A stretch of 64,000 nucleotides of DNA, taken from positions 768,001 through 832,000 of the forward strand of contig JBJBCN010000002.1 in assembly GCA_047285805.1 (NCBI GenBank), given 5' to 3'. Under the pieces are notes generated by a model that was not told the origin of the DNA, did not search any database, and worked only from the letters and a program-made list of their open reading frames with translations. Shown here one piece after another: positions 1 to 10,218 of this stretch. Position numbers and translations under genes: made by a program. Every line of letters starts with the position of its first letter. Position 1 is the stretch's first letter. Source of the stretch: Synechococcus sp. (lineage in GTDB: Bacteria; Cyanobacteriota; Cyanobacteriia; PCC-6307; Cyanobiaceae).

Positions 1-1179
1 CTTAAGGCCAATCGCCTGCGCTCCATGTTGACGATGCTGGGCATCGTCATCGGCAATGCGTCCGTGATCACGCTGGTAGGTGTAGGGCGCGGTGCCCAAA
101 ACCTCGCCGAAGGGCAGCTGAACACCCTGGGGGCCAACGTCCTCTTCGTGGTCCCGGGGAATAACGACAGCCGTCGCCGTGGGATCGACTTCCCGAAGAC
201 ATTGGTTCTCGAGGACGCGGAGGCCATCTCAGAGCAGGTCCCCAGTGTTCGCCAGGTCGTCCCCCAGATCACGCTGAGCGCCGTTCTTCAGGCTGGCGCC
301 AAAAGCGCGAGTGCCACCGTTTCCGGTATCAACCCTGCCTTTCTGACGGTCCGGCGTTTTGAAGTGGCCCGCGGTCGCTTCATCGACCAGCGGGACATGG
401 AGGCGGCCCGCAATGTCGTCGTCATTGGCCCTGACCTCAAGCAGAAAATCCTGCCCTCAGGATCCGCCTTAGGGCAGCAAATCCGCATTCGCAACCAGGG
501 CTTTGAAGTCATCGGTGTAATGGCACCCAAGGGAGCCGTCTTCGGACAGAACCAGGACAATGCCGCCTACATCCCGTTGACCACGATGGTCAGCAAGCTC
601 TCCGGCCGAGATCCCACCTATGGGGTCAGCCTGAATTTCATTAGCGTGGAGGCCGTCGACGAGGCCAGCACCGGCGCTGCCAAATTCCAGATCACAAACC
701 TGCTGCGCCAGCGGCATAAGATTCTTCGGGAGGACGATTTTGCAGTCCGCTCCCAAAAAGATGCTCTGTCCATCGTGGGGACAATTACCGGAGGCCTGAC
801 CTTGATGCTGGCGGCCATTGGTGCGATCTCCCTGCTCGTCGGTGGCATCGGGATCATGAACATCATGTTGGTGTCGGTCAGTGAGCGGACCTCAGAAATC
901 GGACTCCGCAAGGCGATTGGAGCCCGCAGTAGTGACGTCCTCAGTCAATTCCTCGTTGAAGCCCTGGTGCTCTCCACCCTCGGCGGATTGATTGGCAGTG
1001 GCTTGGGCCTATCCGCGATTGCGATCGTGGCGGCCGTCACGCCACTGCCCGCCGCGATTGGTGCCAGCAGCGTGCTCGTCACCATGGGCCTGTCGGGCAG
1101 CATCGGCCTGGTGTTTGGTGTCTTGCCGGCGCGCCGGGCTGCAAGGTTGGATCCGATCACGGCCCTGCGGAGCTTGTAG
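1..1179 (+). CDS. ABC transporter permease, MacB/FtsX family (5' end truncated by window edge)
   Basis: Frame open from base 1 (LKANRLRSMLTMLGIVIG); GGIGIMNIMLVSVSERTSEIGLRKAIGA and PARRAARLDPI motifs. Confidence 0.93.
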   Translation, partial: LKANRLRSMLTMLGIVIGNASVITLVGVGRGAQNLAEGQLNTLGANVLFVVPGNNDSRRRGIDFPKTLVLEDAEAISEQVPSVRQVVPQITLSAVLQAGAKSASATVSGINPAFLTVRRFEVARGRFIDQRDMEAARNVVVIGPDLKQKILPSGSALGQQIRIRNQGFEVIGVMAPKGAVFGQNQDNAAYIPLTTMVSKLSGRDPTYGVSLNFISVEAVDEASTGAAKFQITNLLRQRHKILREDDFAVRSQKDALSIVGTITGGLTLMLAAIGAISLLVGGIGIMNIMLVSVSERTSEIGLRKAIGARSSDVLSQFLVEALVLSTLGGLIGSGLGLSAIAIVAAVTPLPAAIGASSVLVTMGLSGSIGLVFGVLPARRAARLDPITALRSL

Positions 1180-1305
1180 GCGCAAGGAGTCCCGAGCAAT
1201 CCGAAGAGAATCGAAAGAAGGATGCCCAACATCTACGAAGGTCTCATCGACAACACATCTCATCCGAGAAAGAGGCGTGAATGTTGATTAGATTTCTTCT
1301 CCGCT

Positions 1306-1551
1306 TTGGATCAGCTCCAGTGTGGGTACCAAAACCGCAGTGATCGGATGGTGATCCTGCGCTGTATAGGACCCGATCAATTTTTCCTGGAGAGGGTGGT
1401 GTTTCCAGTTGAAATGCTCGGTTTTGAAGCACCGGCGGCCTCGGAAGTACAGATTTGGAGTCACTCCCTAGGCGGTCCCGAACTGATCGAGCGCTTCCAA
1501 GCGGAGCAACTCAGCACCTCGCTAGAGGTGGGATGGCCCCAATCCGCCTGA
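1306..1551 (+). CDS. DUF1830 family protein
   Basis: CGYQN..RMVILRC...FFLERVVFP...FEAP pattern recalled for cyanobacterial DUF1830. Confidence 0.75.
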   Translation: MDQLQCGYQNRSDRMVILRCIGPDQFFLERVVFPVEMLGFEAPAASEVQIWSHSLGGPELIERFQAEQLSTSLEVGWPQSA

Positions 1552-1662
1552 AATCCAACCTCGGATGAGAGGAATAAAGCGGTGCAGTGCCTGAGATCCG
1601 CTCCGAACAGGCCTCGCTGGCTTTACACTTGTTAAACATTCAGATCTGCACCTGAAGCGGCC

Positions 1663-3600
1663 ATGAATCAACGCTGGCGCACGATTGTCTTGTGGGTCCT
1701 TCCCATTGGCGTCGCCGTCTTCCTCGGCTGGCAAGTGCTGGGAGGTGGCTTCGGTGGCGTAAGTCCCTCCTCCGGCACCACCGTTTCTCCCCGTAACACC
1801 GCTGTAGCTCGGATGAGCTATGGGCGGTTCATCGATTACGTCGATGCCGGCCGCGTGACCGCGGTTGACATTTTTGATGGCGGCCGGACGGCTGTTGTGG
1901 AAGCCGTTGATCCCGACCTGGACAACCGCGTTCAACGCCTGCGAGTTGATCTCCCTGGCCTGGCGCCGGAATTGGTCAACAACCTCAAGGAGCAGGGCAT
2001 CAGCTTTGACATCCACCCTCCTCGCACGGCGCCTCCGGCCCTCGGCCTGCTGGGAAATCTGCTCTTCCCGCTCCTGCTGATTGGCGGCCTGGTGCTCCTC
2101 TCCCGCCGTGGCGGCGGCGGTATGCCCGGCGGCCCTGGTCAAGCGATGCAGTTCGGTAAAACCAAGGCGCGCTTCCTGATGGAAGCCGAGACTGGAGTGA
2201 TGTTCGACGACGTCGCCGGCGTTGAAGAAGCCAAACAGGATTTACAAGAGGTCGTCACATTCCTGAAGACCCCCGAGCGCTTTACTTCGGTTGGCGCAAA
2301 AATTCCAAAGGGAGTGCTGCTGGTTGGCCCTCCTGGTACCGGTAAAACCCTTCTCGCCAAAGCGATCGCGGGTGAAGCGGGTGTTCCCTTCTTCTCCCTC
2401 TCTGGTTCGGAGTTCGTTGAGATGTTCGTCGGCGTCGGCGCCAGCCGTGTCCGCGACCTCTTCAAGCGAGCTAAGGAAAACAGCCCCTGCCTGATCTTCA
2501 TTGATGAAATCGACGCCGTCGGCCGTCAGCGCGGTGCCGGCGTCGGTGGCGGAAATGACGAGCGTGAGCAGACCCTCAACCAGCTGCTCACTGAAATGGA
2601 CGGCTTTGAGGGCAATAGCGGCATCATCATCATCGCGGCCACGAACAGAGCCGATGTGCTCGATTCAGCTCTGCTGCGTCCTGGTCGCTTCGACCGCCAG
2701 GTGCAGGTCGATGTGCCCGACATCAAGGGGCGTCTGGCCGTGCTCAAGGTGCACTGCCGTGACAAAAAACTCGCTGACGACGTCAGCCTCGAAGGCATTG
2801 CCCGCCGCACCCCTGGTTTCTCAGGAGCTGACCTAGCGAACCTCCTCAACGAAGCGGCCATCCTCACTGCTCGTCGCCGTAAGGAGGCCACCAGCCTGGC
2901 CGAAATCGATGACGCGGTTGATCGCATCATCGCGGGTATGGAGGGCAAACCCCTCACCGACGGCCGAAGCAAGCGGCTGATTGCATATCACGAAGTCGGC
3001 CATGCCCTGGTGGGCACACTTGTCACAGCCCACGACCCCGTCCAGAAAGTAACTCTGATTCCTCGTGGACAAGCCCAGGGCCTTACCTGGTTCTCCCCAG
3101 ACGAGGAACAGATGCTTGTTAGCCGGGCCCAGCTGCGCGCACGGATCATGGGTGCCCTGGGTGGACGTGCCGCTGAGGATGTGGTCTTCGGTTACTCCGA
3201 AGTCACCACCGGTGCCGGAGGTGACATCCAACAGGTTGCCTCCATCGCCCGTCAGATGGTCACCCGCTTCGGCATGAGTGACCTGGGCCAATGTTCCCTC
3301 GAAGCCGGCAACCAAGAGGTCTTTCTGGGCCGCGACCTGATGACCCGCAGCGATGGTTCTGATGCCACCGCAGCCCGTGTCGATGCAGCCGTGCGCAACA
3401 TCGTTCAGAGCTGCTACGAAGACACCGTCAAACTCGTTTCCGAGCACCGGGCCTGCATGGACCGTGTCGTCGAACTCCTGATCGAAAAGGAGAGCCTCGA
3501 CGGCGATGAGTTCCGCGCCATAGTCAATGAATTCACGACGGTCCCGGATAAGGAGCGTTTCTCGCCTCTGCTGAGCACCTCGGAAACTGCCTCAGCCTGA
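1663..3600 (+). CDS. ftsH: ATP-dependent zinc metalloprotease FtsH (FtsH2 type)
   Basis: Two TM segments, Walker A GPPGTGKT, Walker B IFIDEID, HEVGH zinc motif. Confidence 0.98.
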   Translation: MNQRWRTIVLWVLPIGVAVFLGWQVLGGGFGGVSPSSGTTVSPRNTAVARMSYGRFIDYVDAGRVTAVDIFDGGRTAVVEAVDPDLDNRVQRLRVDLPGLAPELVNNLKEQGISFDIHPPRTAPPALGLLGNLLFPLLLIGGLVLLSRRGGGGMPGGPGQAMQFGKTKARFLMEAETGVMFDDVAGVEEAKQDLQEVVTFLKTPERFTSVGAKIPKGVLLVGPPGTGKTLLAKAIAGEAGVPFFSLSGSEFVEMFVGVGASRVRDLFKRAKENSPCLIFIDEIDAVGRQRGAGVGGGNDEREQTLNQLLTEMDGFEGNSGIIIIAATNRADVLDSALLRPGRFDRQVQVDVPDIKGRLAVLKVHCRDKKLADDVSLEGIARRTPGFSGADLANLLNEAAILTARRRKEATSLAEIDDAVDRIIAGMEGKPLTDGRSKRLIAYHEVGHALVGTLVTAHDPVQKVTLIPRGQAQGLTWFSPDEEQMLVSRAQLRARIMGALGGRAAEDVVFGYSEVTTGAGGDIQQVASIARQMVTRFGMSDLGQCSLEAGNQEVFLGRDLMTRSDGSDATAARVDAAVRNIVQSCYEDTVKLVSEHRACMDRVVELLIEKESLDGDEFRAIVNEFTTVPDKERFSPLLSTSETASA

Positions 3601-3614
3601 CGCTTAGCTAGAAC

Positions 3615-3643
3615 AAAACCCGCGGTTAATCCGCGGGCTTTTT
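3615..3643. terminator. Bidirectional intrinsic terminator
   Basis: AAAA-CCCGCGG-TTAAT-CCGCGGG-C-TTTTT between convergent ftsH and DUF2256 genes. Confidence 0.8.
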
Positions 3644-3826
3644 GCTGTCTGCGCCTTGGTTACGGCAACGGTCGGAGCAATAGATCACCTGCTCCCAAAC
3701 CGTCGCCCACTTCTTGCGCCAGTGAAAAGGACGCTGGCAGACAGGGCAGACCTTGCTGGGACGTGCACTCGGTGGACGACCTCTGCCACCCACCGCTCCG
3801 CTGCGTTGACCGCGACCGCGGGTCAT
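3626..3826 (-). CDS. DUF2256 family small protein
   Basis: [18 protein letters not shown]...YCSDRCR. Confidence 0.85.
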   Translation of the reverse strand: MTRGRGQRSGAVGGRGRPPSARPSKVCPVCQRPFHWRKKWATVWEQVIYCSDRCRNQGADSKKPAD

Positions 3827-3841
3827 AGAGCGGACAACAGA

Positions 3842-4432
3842 TCAGACGGGGCGTACGGGGCGCTTGTCGATCACCTTGTCGATCAGTCCGTACTCGAGCG
3901 CTTCAGCAGGGGACATGAAGAAGTCGCGGTCCGTGTCGTCCTCGATCCGGCTCAGAGGTTGGTCTGTGCGCTCAGAGAGCTCCTGGTTGAGCTTCTTCTT
4001 GAGGTAAAGGATTTCATCGGCCTGGATCCGGATGTCGCTGGCCTGACCCTGGGCACCGCCCAACGGCTGGTGGATCATGATCCGAGAGTGGGTCAGGCTG
4101 CTGCGCTTCCCTTTGGCCCCGGCACAGAGCAAAAAGGCACCCATCGAGGCTGCGAGACCAACGCAGACGGTCTGCACGTCCGGCTTGATGTGCTGCATCG
4201 TGTCGAAGATGCCCAGGCCGTCGTAGACGGAACCGCCTGGAGAGTTGATGTAGAGGAAAATGTCCTTCTCGGGATCTTCAGCTTCCAGGAAGAGCAGCTG
4301 GGCAACGATCCGATTGGCGGACTCAGCGGTCACCGGCTCACCCAGAAAGACGATGCGCTCGCGAAGAAGACGCGAATAGATATCGAACGCCCGCTCACCA
4401 CGGCCCGACTCTTCGATCACGATCGGGATCAT
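3842..4432 (-). CDS. clpP: ATP-dependent Clp protease proteolytic subunit
   Basis: [40 protein letters not shown]. Confidence 0.98.
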   Translation of the reverse strand: MIPIVIEESGRGERAFDIYSRLLRERIVFLGEPVTAESANRIVAQLLFLEAEDPEKDIFLYINSPGGSVYDGLGIFDTMQHIKPDVQTVCVGLAASMGAFLLCAGAKGKRSSLTHSRIMIHQPLGGAQGQASDIRIQADEILYLKKKLNQELSERTDQPLSRIEDDTDRDFFMSPAEALEYGLIDKVIDKRPVRPV

Positions 4433-4528
4433 GGTCACTTGGAGCTTCTGCAGTTGGGCGGATCCTACTGAGCTTCAGCCTTATTCAGCGTTCTCAGCGA
4501 GCTAGTGTCGCGGGAAATTGATGGATGT

Positions 4529-5215
4529 TTGAGCGTGAGTGCGAGCCTCACCGTTGCTGATAGCAAGCGGGCCTTTCACCAGGCATTTCCCTATGTGATC
4601 GCTCCGCTCTACCGCCGCCTGGTGGATGAGCTGTTAGTGGAGCTGCACTTGCTAAGCCACCAGACGGGCTTCCATGCCGATCAACTGTTCGCGGTTGGTC
4701 TCACCCAAGTGTTCGACAGCTTCTCGAGCGGCTACAAACCGGCCAATCAGCGCGAACAGCTCTTCATGGCCCTCTGTAGCGCCAATGGTTTTGACGGTGC
4801 CGCCTTCCGCCAGATGGCGGCCGACGCGGCCATCCAAGTGGGTCACCACAGCCTCGATGAGGTCAAAGGCTGGTTGAGCAACCGCGGAGAGGGTGCCCCT
4901 TCACCTATAGCCCGCCTGCTCCACGGAGTCCAGCGCGACAACTTCCACTACTCACGCTTGGTGGCCGTCGGGCTGCTCAGCCTCCTGCAACGCGCCCAGG
5001 GTGCTGATGCCGTCGATCCCGAGGCACTGCGAAGTGCCGCCCACGAAATCGGCGAGGCGATGGGCCTGATCAAGTCTCGGGTCGACAAGGACCTCAGCGT
5101 CTACGCCGGAAACATCGAAAAGATGACTCAGGCCGTGGAACTCATGGAGGAAACCGTGGCCGCCGAGCGTCGGCGCCGCGAGCGGGGTGCCGCCGAGCAG
5201 GACGCCGAGGGCTAA
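4529..5215 (+). CDS. psb29: Photosystem II biogenesis protein Psb29/Thf1
   Basis: TVADSKRAFH...YRRLVDELLVELHLL; YSRLVAVGL; divergent from clpP; start approximate. Confidence 0.93.
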   Translation: MSVSASLTVADSKRAFHQAFPYVIAPLYRRLVDELLVELHLLSHQTGFHADQLFAVGLTQVFDSFSSGYKPANQREQLFMALCSANGFDGAAFRQMAADAAIQVGHHSLDEVKGWLSNRGEGAPSPIARLLHGVQRDNFHYSRLVAVGLLSLLQRAQGADAVDPEALRSAAHEIGEAMGLIKSRVDKDLSVYAGNIEKMTQAVELMEETVAAERRRRERGAAEQDAEG

Positions 5216-6444
5216 AGCGTCAGCTCACCGCTCAGGGCGGTCTGGCCTCCAAGGCTGGGAACCCCACGCAGCACAAGCTCCCGGGCACGGCGAACGACCC
5301 CAGGCATGAGCGGCGGGAGCAGGCCATTTGCCTGCAGCTGCTTCGGTAGGAGGCGCAAAGTCCACAGCACCTCTTGCTCGAGGGGAGCGGGCTTGAGTGG
5401 TCCTGGGGCGGGACCCAGGAAGAGCAGAAGTTGGTCCTTGGATAACCAGCGCCAGCCGCCCTGGACGACGCCATCGCGACTCCAAAGCCATTGCTGCTCC
5501 GTCCCTCTGGAGACGGACAAGCCTTGATCGATGAGGGGTTGCTTGAGGGCCTTCAGGCGTGGTATCCAAAAGGCCTTGCCATCCCGCAGACGCAGCTGCA
5601 ACTGCAATCCCGCCAAGAAGACCCCCTGGTTCACAGCGGTTAGGCGCAGCACAAACGGGCTCTGGGAGAGTCGCTTGAGGGGGTCAGACCTGATCCCGTA
5701 GCGATCGGCCAGGGCCGGCTTCAAGGCTGCGCTGATGAGCAGCCCGCGAAGCAAGAGCTCGAGTTGGGGGCCCTGCAGTTCCAGCAACGCCGGGGCGACC
5801 AGGGGTTCGGAGTTGGGAGCTCGGGCGGAGCGCGGAGCGGCGGCAAGACTGCCGCGGGCCGAATCGGCCTCACCGCTCCAAAGAAGCCGTGATCCCTCAC
5901 TATCCAGAGTTAAGCAACCCTGCTGCAACCTGCTGGCCAGGGGGGCCAAGGGGCCGAGCAACGACGAGAGACCGGCGGGACTCCAGTAGACCGCGTCACC
6001 CCCTTGAAGATGCAACGCGCAACGCCGCTCGAGACCTCGCAGGGAGGGGCGCTCGACGTGCAATTGCTGCTCGAGCTGCTGACGCACGAGAGGATTAGGG
6101 GCCACCAGGGTGAGATGGTCCACGCGGAACGCGTTGGCCGGAAGCGGAGCCGAGGCCGGCGTCTCCAAGACCAGAACCGCACCTGCTGAAGCATGGGAGC
6201 CCCAAAGTTGCCACCAGAGTTGCTGGCGACCCGACCAGAGCGGGACCGCTTGCGGGCCAAGACGCTCCCTCCAGATGGACGGAAGGGGAGCCGCTGGGCG
6301 CGAACGGTGGGTCTGGAGCAAGGCCGACTCCAGCAGGAGGCGGTCCAGGCCGTGGGCGGAGCCGCGAGGAAAGAGCCAGAGCGCCAGGGCCGGCAAGGCC
6401 ACCAGGAGGACGACCAGTCCAGCGCTGATGCGCAGTCCGCGCAT
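5212..6444 (-). CDS. Conserved hypothetical protein with N-terminal membrane anchor
   Basis: 410 aa ORF, hydrophobic N-terminus, start overlaps the cofH stop. Confidence 0.7.
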   Translation of the reverse strand: MRGLRISAGLVVLLVALPALALWLFPRGSAHGLDRLLLESALLQTHRSRPAAPLPSIWRERLGPQAVPLWSGRQQLWWQLWGSHASAGAVLVLETPASAPLPANAFRVDHLTLVAPNPLVRQQLEQQLHVERPSLRGLERRCALHLQGGDAVYWSPAGLSSLLGPLAPLASRLQQGCLTLDSEGSRLLWSGEADSARGSLAAAPRSARAPNSEPLVAPALLELQGPQLELLLRGLLISAALKPALADRYGIRSDPLKRLSQSPFVLRLTAVNQGVFLAGLQLQLRLRDGKAFWIPRLKALKQPLIDQGLSVSRGTEQQWLWSRDGVVQGGWRWLSKDQLLLFLGPAPGPLKPAPLEQEVLWTLRLLPKQLQANGLLPPLMPGVVRRARELVLRGVPSLGGQTALSGELTL

Positions 6445-7676
6445 CAGGCCACAGCTCCATAGAGGGTGGTGCGTTCACGCACCGGCCGGCCCATGGTCAG
6501 GGCTGCCGATCGCAGAGCCTGCACCGATTGAGACGTGCCCCCCTGGGCGCCGGCCATGCTCGTGATGCTCTCCTCCATCAGGGTGCCGCCCAAGTCATTG
6601 CAGCCCCAACGCAGGGCCTCGCTGGCGCCGGCCAGGGTGAGCTTGACCCAACTGGGCTGGTGATTCGGGAACCACTCCCCCAGGAGCAATCGAGCCTGGG
6701 CCGTCAAGCGCAACATCGCCTCTCTATCCGGTTGGTCCCGTCCCAAGCGATGACGCAGGGCCGCGGGTGCTTGCTTCCCAACAAAAGGAAGCAGGACAAA
6801 CTCAGAAAAGCCAACCTGAGCCGAGCGCTGGGCCTCTTGCTGGAGGGCCACCAGGGTGAGGAGGTGCACAGCTCGATGCCGACTGGACTCGATGTGACCG
6901 GCCATCAGGGTGGCGGTGCTGGGGAGGCCCGAGCGATGGGCCTGAAGAATCACCGCGCACCACTGACGGGCCGTGATCTTCTCGGGGCAGAGCTGACGGC
7001 GCACGTCCTCACAAAGCACTTCAGCCGCCGTGCCTGGGATCGAGGCCAAACCCGCCTGCTGCAGACCCTCAAGTACCCGCTGCAGCGGGATCGCGTCCTG
7101 CTCAGCGATGAAGAGCAGCTCCTGGGGTGAAAACGCATGGAGGTGCAGGCCAGGAGCAGCCTCCGTCAGGGCCACGAGAAGTTCGGCGTAGTAAGCGAGG
7201 GCCGAGCCCTGGCTGCGCGCTTCGGGATTGAGTCCCCCTTGGATGCAGAGCTCGGTCGCCCCGAGGGCGGCGGCTTCTGCGGCTTTGTTCTGCAGCATCT
7301 CAAAGCCATGCCAATAGGCACCCGCCGCACCGGCATCACGGCGGAACGCACAAAAACTGCAGTGCTGAACGCAGTGGTTCGTGAAATTTAGATTGCGGTT
7401 CACCACATAGCTGACCGTCTCGCCAGCGAGCACCTGGCGCAGGGCATCGGCCTGCGCTTGGAGGATGGAGCCGTCAGTGCACGCCAGTAGGAACTCCGCG
7501 GCCTGAATGGAGTCGAGACTGCCGGGGTTCGAGAGAATGGCAGCCTGGAGATGCTGCTGTCGTTCAGGTGTCCAGGCCGGTGAAATCAGCGAGCGGGAAC
7601 AGTCCGGAACTGATACCAACAACTCCGCAGATCGATTCCAGACCCAAGGTTCAAAAACTCCCGGCTCGTGCGTCAC
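6444..7676 (-). CDS. cofH: FO synthase subunit CofH (radical SAM)
   Basis: VSYVVNRNLNFTNHCVQHCSFCAF (CxxxCxxC), PGTAAEVL, GCNDLGGTLMEESI. Confidence 0.9.
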   Translation of the reverse strand: MTHEPGVFEPWVWNRSAELLVSVPDCSRSLISPAWTPERQQHLQAAILSNPGSLDSIQAAEFLLACTDGSILQAQADALRQVLAGETVSYVVNRNLNFTNHCVQHCSFCAFRRDAGAAGAYWHGFEMLQNKAAEAAALGATELCIQGGLNPEARSQGSALAYYAELLVALTEAAPGLHLHAFSPQELLFIAEQDAIPLQRVLEGLQQAGLASIPGTAAEVLCEDVRRQLCPEKITARQWCAVILQAHRSGLPSTATLMAGHIESSRHRAVHLLTLVALQQEAQRSAQVGFSEFVLLPFVGKQAPAALRHRLGRDQPDREAMLRLTAQARLLLGEWFPNHQPSWVKLTLAGASEALRWGCNDLGGTLMEESITSMAGAQGGTSQSVQALRSAALTMGRPVRERTTLYGAVA

Positions 7677-7831
7677 TTACGGGCGCGAGCAGAGGGTTGA
7701 ACAGGTTGCTGGCGTCGTCTTCGGTCGCGCCAATCAATGATAGAGAGATACAAGACTCCACCGCTGACAAAAACCAACAGTGCTGCGGAGGTCACCGCCA
7801 GCACACTGTTGAGGTTGATCGACTCAATCAC
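7673..7831 (-). CDS. Small single-TM protein (52 aa), not in ORF track
   Basis: GTG start; VIESINLNSVLAVTSAALLVFVSGGVLYLSIIDWRDRRRR...; stop overlaps cofH start (GTGA). Confidence 0.75.
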   Translation of the reverse strand: MIESINLNSVLAVTSAALLVFVSGGVLYLSIIDWRDRRRRQQPVQPSARARK

Positions 7832-7855
7832 GGTTGAGCAAACCGAAGCTCAAGC

Positions 7856-7957
7856 TCAAAAGTTGAGGGTGCCGTCGCCATTACGACCCCACACCACCAT
7901 GGCGATAGAAAAAGTGAAAGTGGCAGCAAGGGCGGCCCAGCCCAAGGTGATCAGCAT
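7856..7957 (-). CDS. petN: Cytochrome b6f subunit 8 PetN, not in ORF track
   Basis: Translation [33 protein letters not shown]. Confidence 0.97.
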   Translation of the reverse strand: MLITLGWAALAATFTFSIAMVVWGRNGDGTLNF

Positions 7958-8035
7958 CGTTGTGCGGCAAGCGGTCCGGTCATTTTAAACAGGGCCATGG
8001 CCCAAACTGAGCAGAGACCTGCTGGCTGTTTCGAG

Positions 8036-8347
8036 ATGCAACCCATTAGCTCCATCAGCTCCTCTCCCGGCGGCCAGGCCGTCATGGAGCGACAACAGGT
8101 CCGAGCGCCCTATCCAAAAGGGCGAGTGATCGTGCTGAACGACGACCACAACACCTTTCAGCACGTCGTGGAGGTCCTGGTGAGACACATCCCCGGCATG
8201 GTCTCCGACCGCGCCTGGGAGTTGGCCCATCAGATCGATTCCCAGGGCTCAGCCGTCGTCTGGAGTGGGCCGCTGGAGCAGGCCGAGCTCTATCACCAGC
8301 TCCTTGCCGCAGAGGGCTTGACAATGGCGCCCGTCGAGCGGGGCTGA
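8036..8347 (+). CDS. clpS: Clp protease adaptor ClpS
   Basis: VIVLNDDHNTFQHVV...VVWSGPLEQAELYHQLL; start approximate. Confidence 0.93.
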   Translation: MQPISSISSSPGGQAVMERQQVRAPYPKGRVIVLNDDHNTFQHVVEVLVRHIPGMVSDRAWELAHQIDSQGSAVVWSGPLEQAELYHQLLAAEGLTMAPVERG

Positions 8348-8356
8348 GGCAGGACC

Positions 8357-8581
8357 TCAGGCGAAGCGCCGCTGCAGCAGTTCAAACATCGGCAGGGTGC
8401 GCAGGCGCTCCTGCTCGGCGTCGAGGACAAAGGTCAAGATCCGACCGGAGCAGACCGCCACACCCTTCACACTCTGGTCGGCACTGCACTCAACACTCAC
8501 CAACTGGGCGGCGCCACCGAGCTCGTCACTGAGCCGTTGACGCAACTGCTCGCGCAGCTCAGGAGCCTGCTGGCCTGCCAT
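8357..8581 (-). CDS. Conserved hypothetical protein
   Basis: 74 aa ATG ORF fitting between clpS and DUF2103 gene. Confidence 0.65.
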   Translation of the reverse strand: MAGQQAPELREQLRQRLSDELGGAAQLVSVECSADQSVKGVAVCSGRILTFVLDAEQERLRTLPMFELLQRRFA

Positions 8582-8659
8582 GCGGCAAAACGAGGGGACA
8601 GCATCTTTAGCAGCGGCAGAAGAATCCGGCTACGGACTCGCGTTTCTATGGTGTGCTCC

Positions 8660-8938
8660 ATGGGACGGCTGGTAATCACCCACAGCACCTATCTCGAGGG
8701 CCTGATTCCCTGCCTGAAGAAGTTGTCGCGGGTGCCCGAGATAGACACGATCACGCCGGCGGTGATTTGCCGGGTCAAGGGACGGGCCCCGGAGTTGCGT
8801 CTGAAAGTATCGATTCCGATTCGCGGAGGATGGAAGCTGGTTGCTCGCCGAGGGAGCAGTGCACAAGAGGTGTTTGTCGTGACCGGATTGAGCGCAGTCC
8901 AACTGGAAGAGCGGATCCAGAGGGTCCTCACGGGCTGA
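8660..8938 (+). CDS. DUF2103 family protein
   Basis: MGRLVITHSTYLEGLIP...TITPAVI...AQEVFVVT. Confidence 0.85.
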   Translation: MGRLVITHSTYLEGLIPCLKKLSRVPEIDTITPAVICRVKGRAPELRLKVSIPIRGGWKLVARRGSSAQEVFVVTGLSAVQLEERIQRVLTG

Positions 8939-8960
8939 CCTAAGCCTAAAGCTCAAGCCC

Positions 8961-9188
8961 TCAGTGGGGCCTAACTTGGGTCCAGCCACGCTTCATAAGA
9001 GTCCGCCGAAGCTCAATTGCCTGATTTCGGTGGAGGTGATCAAGGGATTGGAGCAAAGGGAGCTGCTCTGGAAGAGGTCGCCCTGAATCGACGAAGACCA
9101 TCGGGTCTTGCTCCCAATTTTTTTAGTCGCGGTGGAAGCGCTTGGTCGCGCGCGCGACGGCATCTTGGTGCCAACAGTGTCCTGGCAT
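8961..9188 (-). pseudogene. DUF1651 family pseudogene
   Basis: MPGHCWHQDAVARATKRFHRD*KNWEQDPMVFVDSGRPLPEQLPLL...LMKRGWTQVRPH*; internal TAA at 9123-9125. Confidence 0.8.
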
Positions 9189-9280
9189 GAAGGCGATGGA
9201 GAGGACGCAGCCGGCCAGACCCAGTCGGAAGCCCGAAAGGTGGCGTAAGGGGAAGCAACAGGAGCCATCAACCCGAGGCA

Positions 9281-9294
9281 AGTACATCTGTACT
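9281..9294. promoter_or_regulatory. Cyanobacterial LexA (SOS) box
   Basis: AGTAC-ATCT-GTACT, perfect AGTAC-N4-GTACT palindrome about 90 nt upstream of the DUF1651 pseudogene. Confidence 0.8.
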
Positions 9295-9314
9295 AGCCTC
9301 GATTCGTGGCCCTG

Positions 9315-9467
9315 TCAATCGGACCGATCCCTCAGCGCGGCCATGACTTGACTGCGCACGCGATTCATCTGAGTGCGCTCGGTCTCGTAGCGGGTCGTTC
9401 GCGTGACCCCGTAAAACAGCACCATCCAGGTGGCACTAAGTCCAAGCACGATTAGCGCCACGGACAT
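9315..9467 (-). CDS. Small single-TM hypothetical protein
   Basis: MSVALIVLGLSATWMVLFYGV followed by charged tail. Confidence 0.5.
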   Translation of the reverse strand: MSVALIVLGLSATWMVLFYGVTRTTRYETERTQMNRVRSQVMAALRDRSD

Positions 9468-9723
9468 GCCACTGAACTCCCCCACCCGATATACCGGAAG
9501 CAAGGGCTAACGGTAGGAGCGGCTGCAGAGACCAAGGGGTCCAGTCACTGATGGAACGTCTCGACTCCATCCGCTTTAGTTGTTGGTATTCCAGCTGCCT
9601 TATCTGCCAATCCGTGAGCTGTTCATGGGAATCAGCAGACGTGGACTGGAGCGATTGGGCGAAGACCGGTGACAGGAATAAACCAAGTTCGAAAGCAAGG
9701 CCGGAGACCAGTTGCTGTGTCAT
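9436..9723 (-). CDS. Hypothetical protein, possibly secreted
   Basis: Signal-like N-terminus ending PVFAQ; 3' end overlaps next ORF. Confidence 0.4.
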   Translation of the reverse strand: MTQQLVSGLAFELGLFLSPVFAQSLQSTSADSHEQLTDWQIRQLEYQQLKRMESRRSISDWTPWSLQPLLPLALASGISGGGVQWHVRGANRAWT

Positions 9724-10218
9724 CCATCTACCTCTGTCGCGCCCCCTTCAATCTGCAAAAAGCCCAGACCCATGCTGGGTGTTCCGGAGCTGGCAGTCTT
9801 CGAAGAACCCTGGGAAGTCACGATGACTTCAGATCACAGGTCCCACATCGAAACATCCCGGACTCCGCTCAACGTCCGAGAACATAAGAAACCAACGAAC
9901 CGAAATCGTAGTGCCAAGGGGGCACACTGCACGAGACCAGCGATCCTCCCGAGAACGGATCGGCCGATCGCCAGTTGAATTGAAGAGGCACTAGCAATAA
10001 CAACGTCAACTCGATCTGAGCTGCGAGACAACACCGGTAGCGCGTCATCTGTGCGTGAAGTCCTTAGGTTTGCAGGCCATCATCAGTCTGCGATTCGCCA
10101 TGAACAATGGCCTGTTCATCGAACCAAGGCGCATGCCGTTTCGCCAACCCTCCAAGGATCTGCGCGCCGCAATCATTCGGCCCTGGAAGCGAAGGAGCCG
10201 ACCCTCTACCCATGGTCG

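Noticed and set aside
8993..9271. 92-aa ORF behind the LexA box
   Set aside because: Low-complexity alternative frame; the interrupted DUF1651 frame explains the region better
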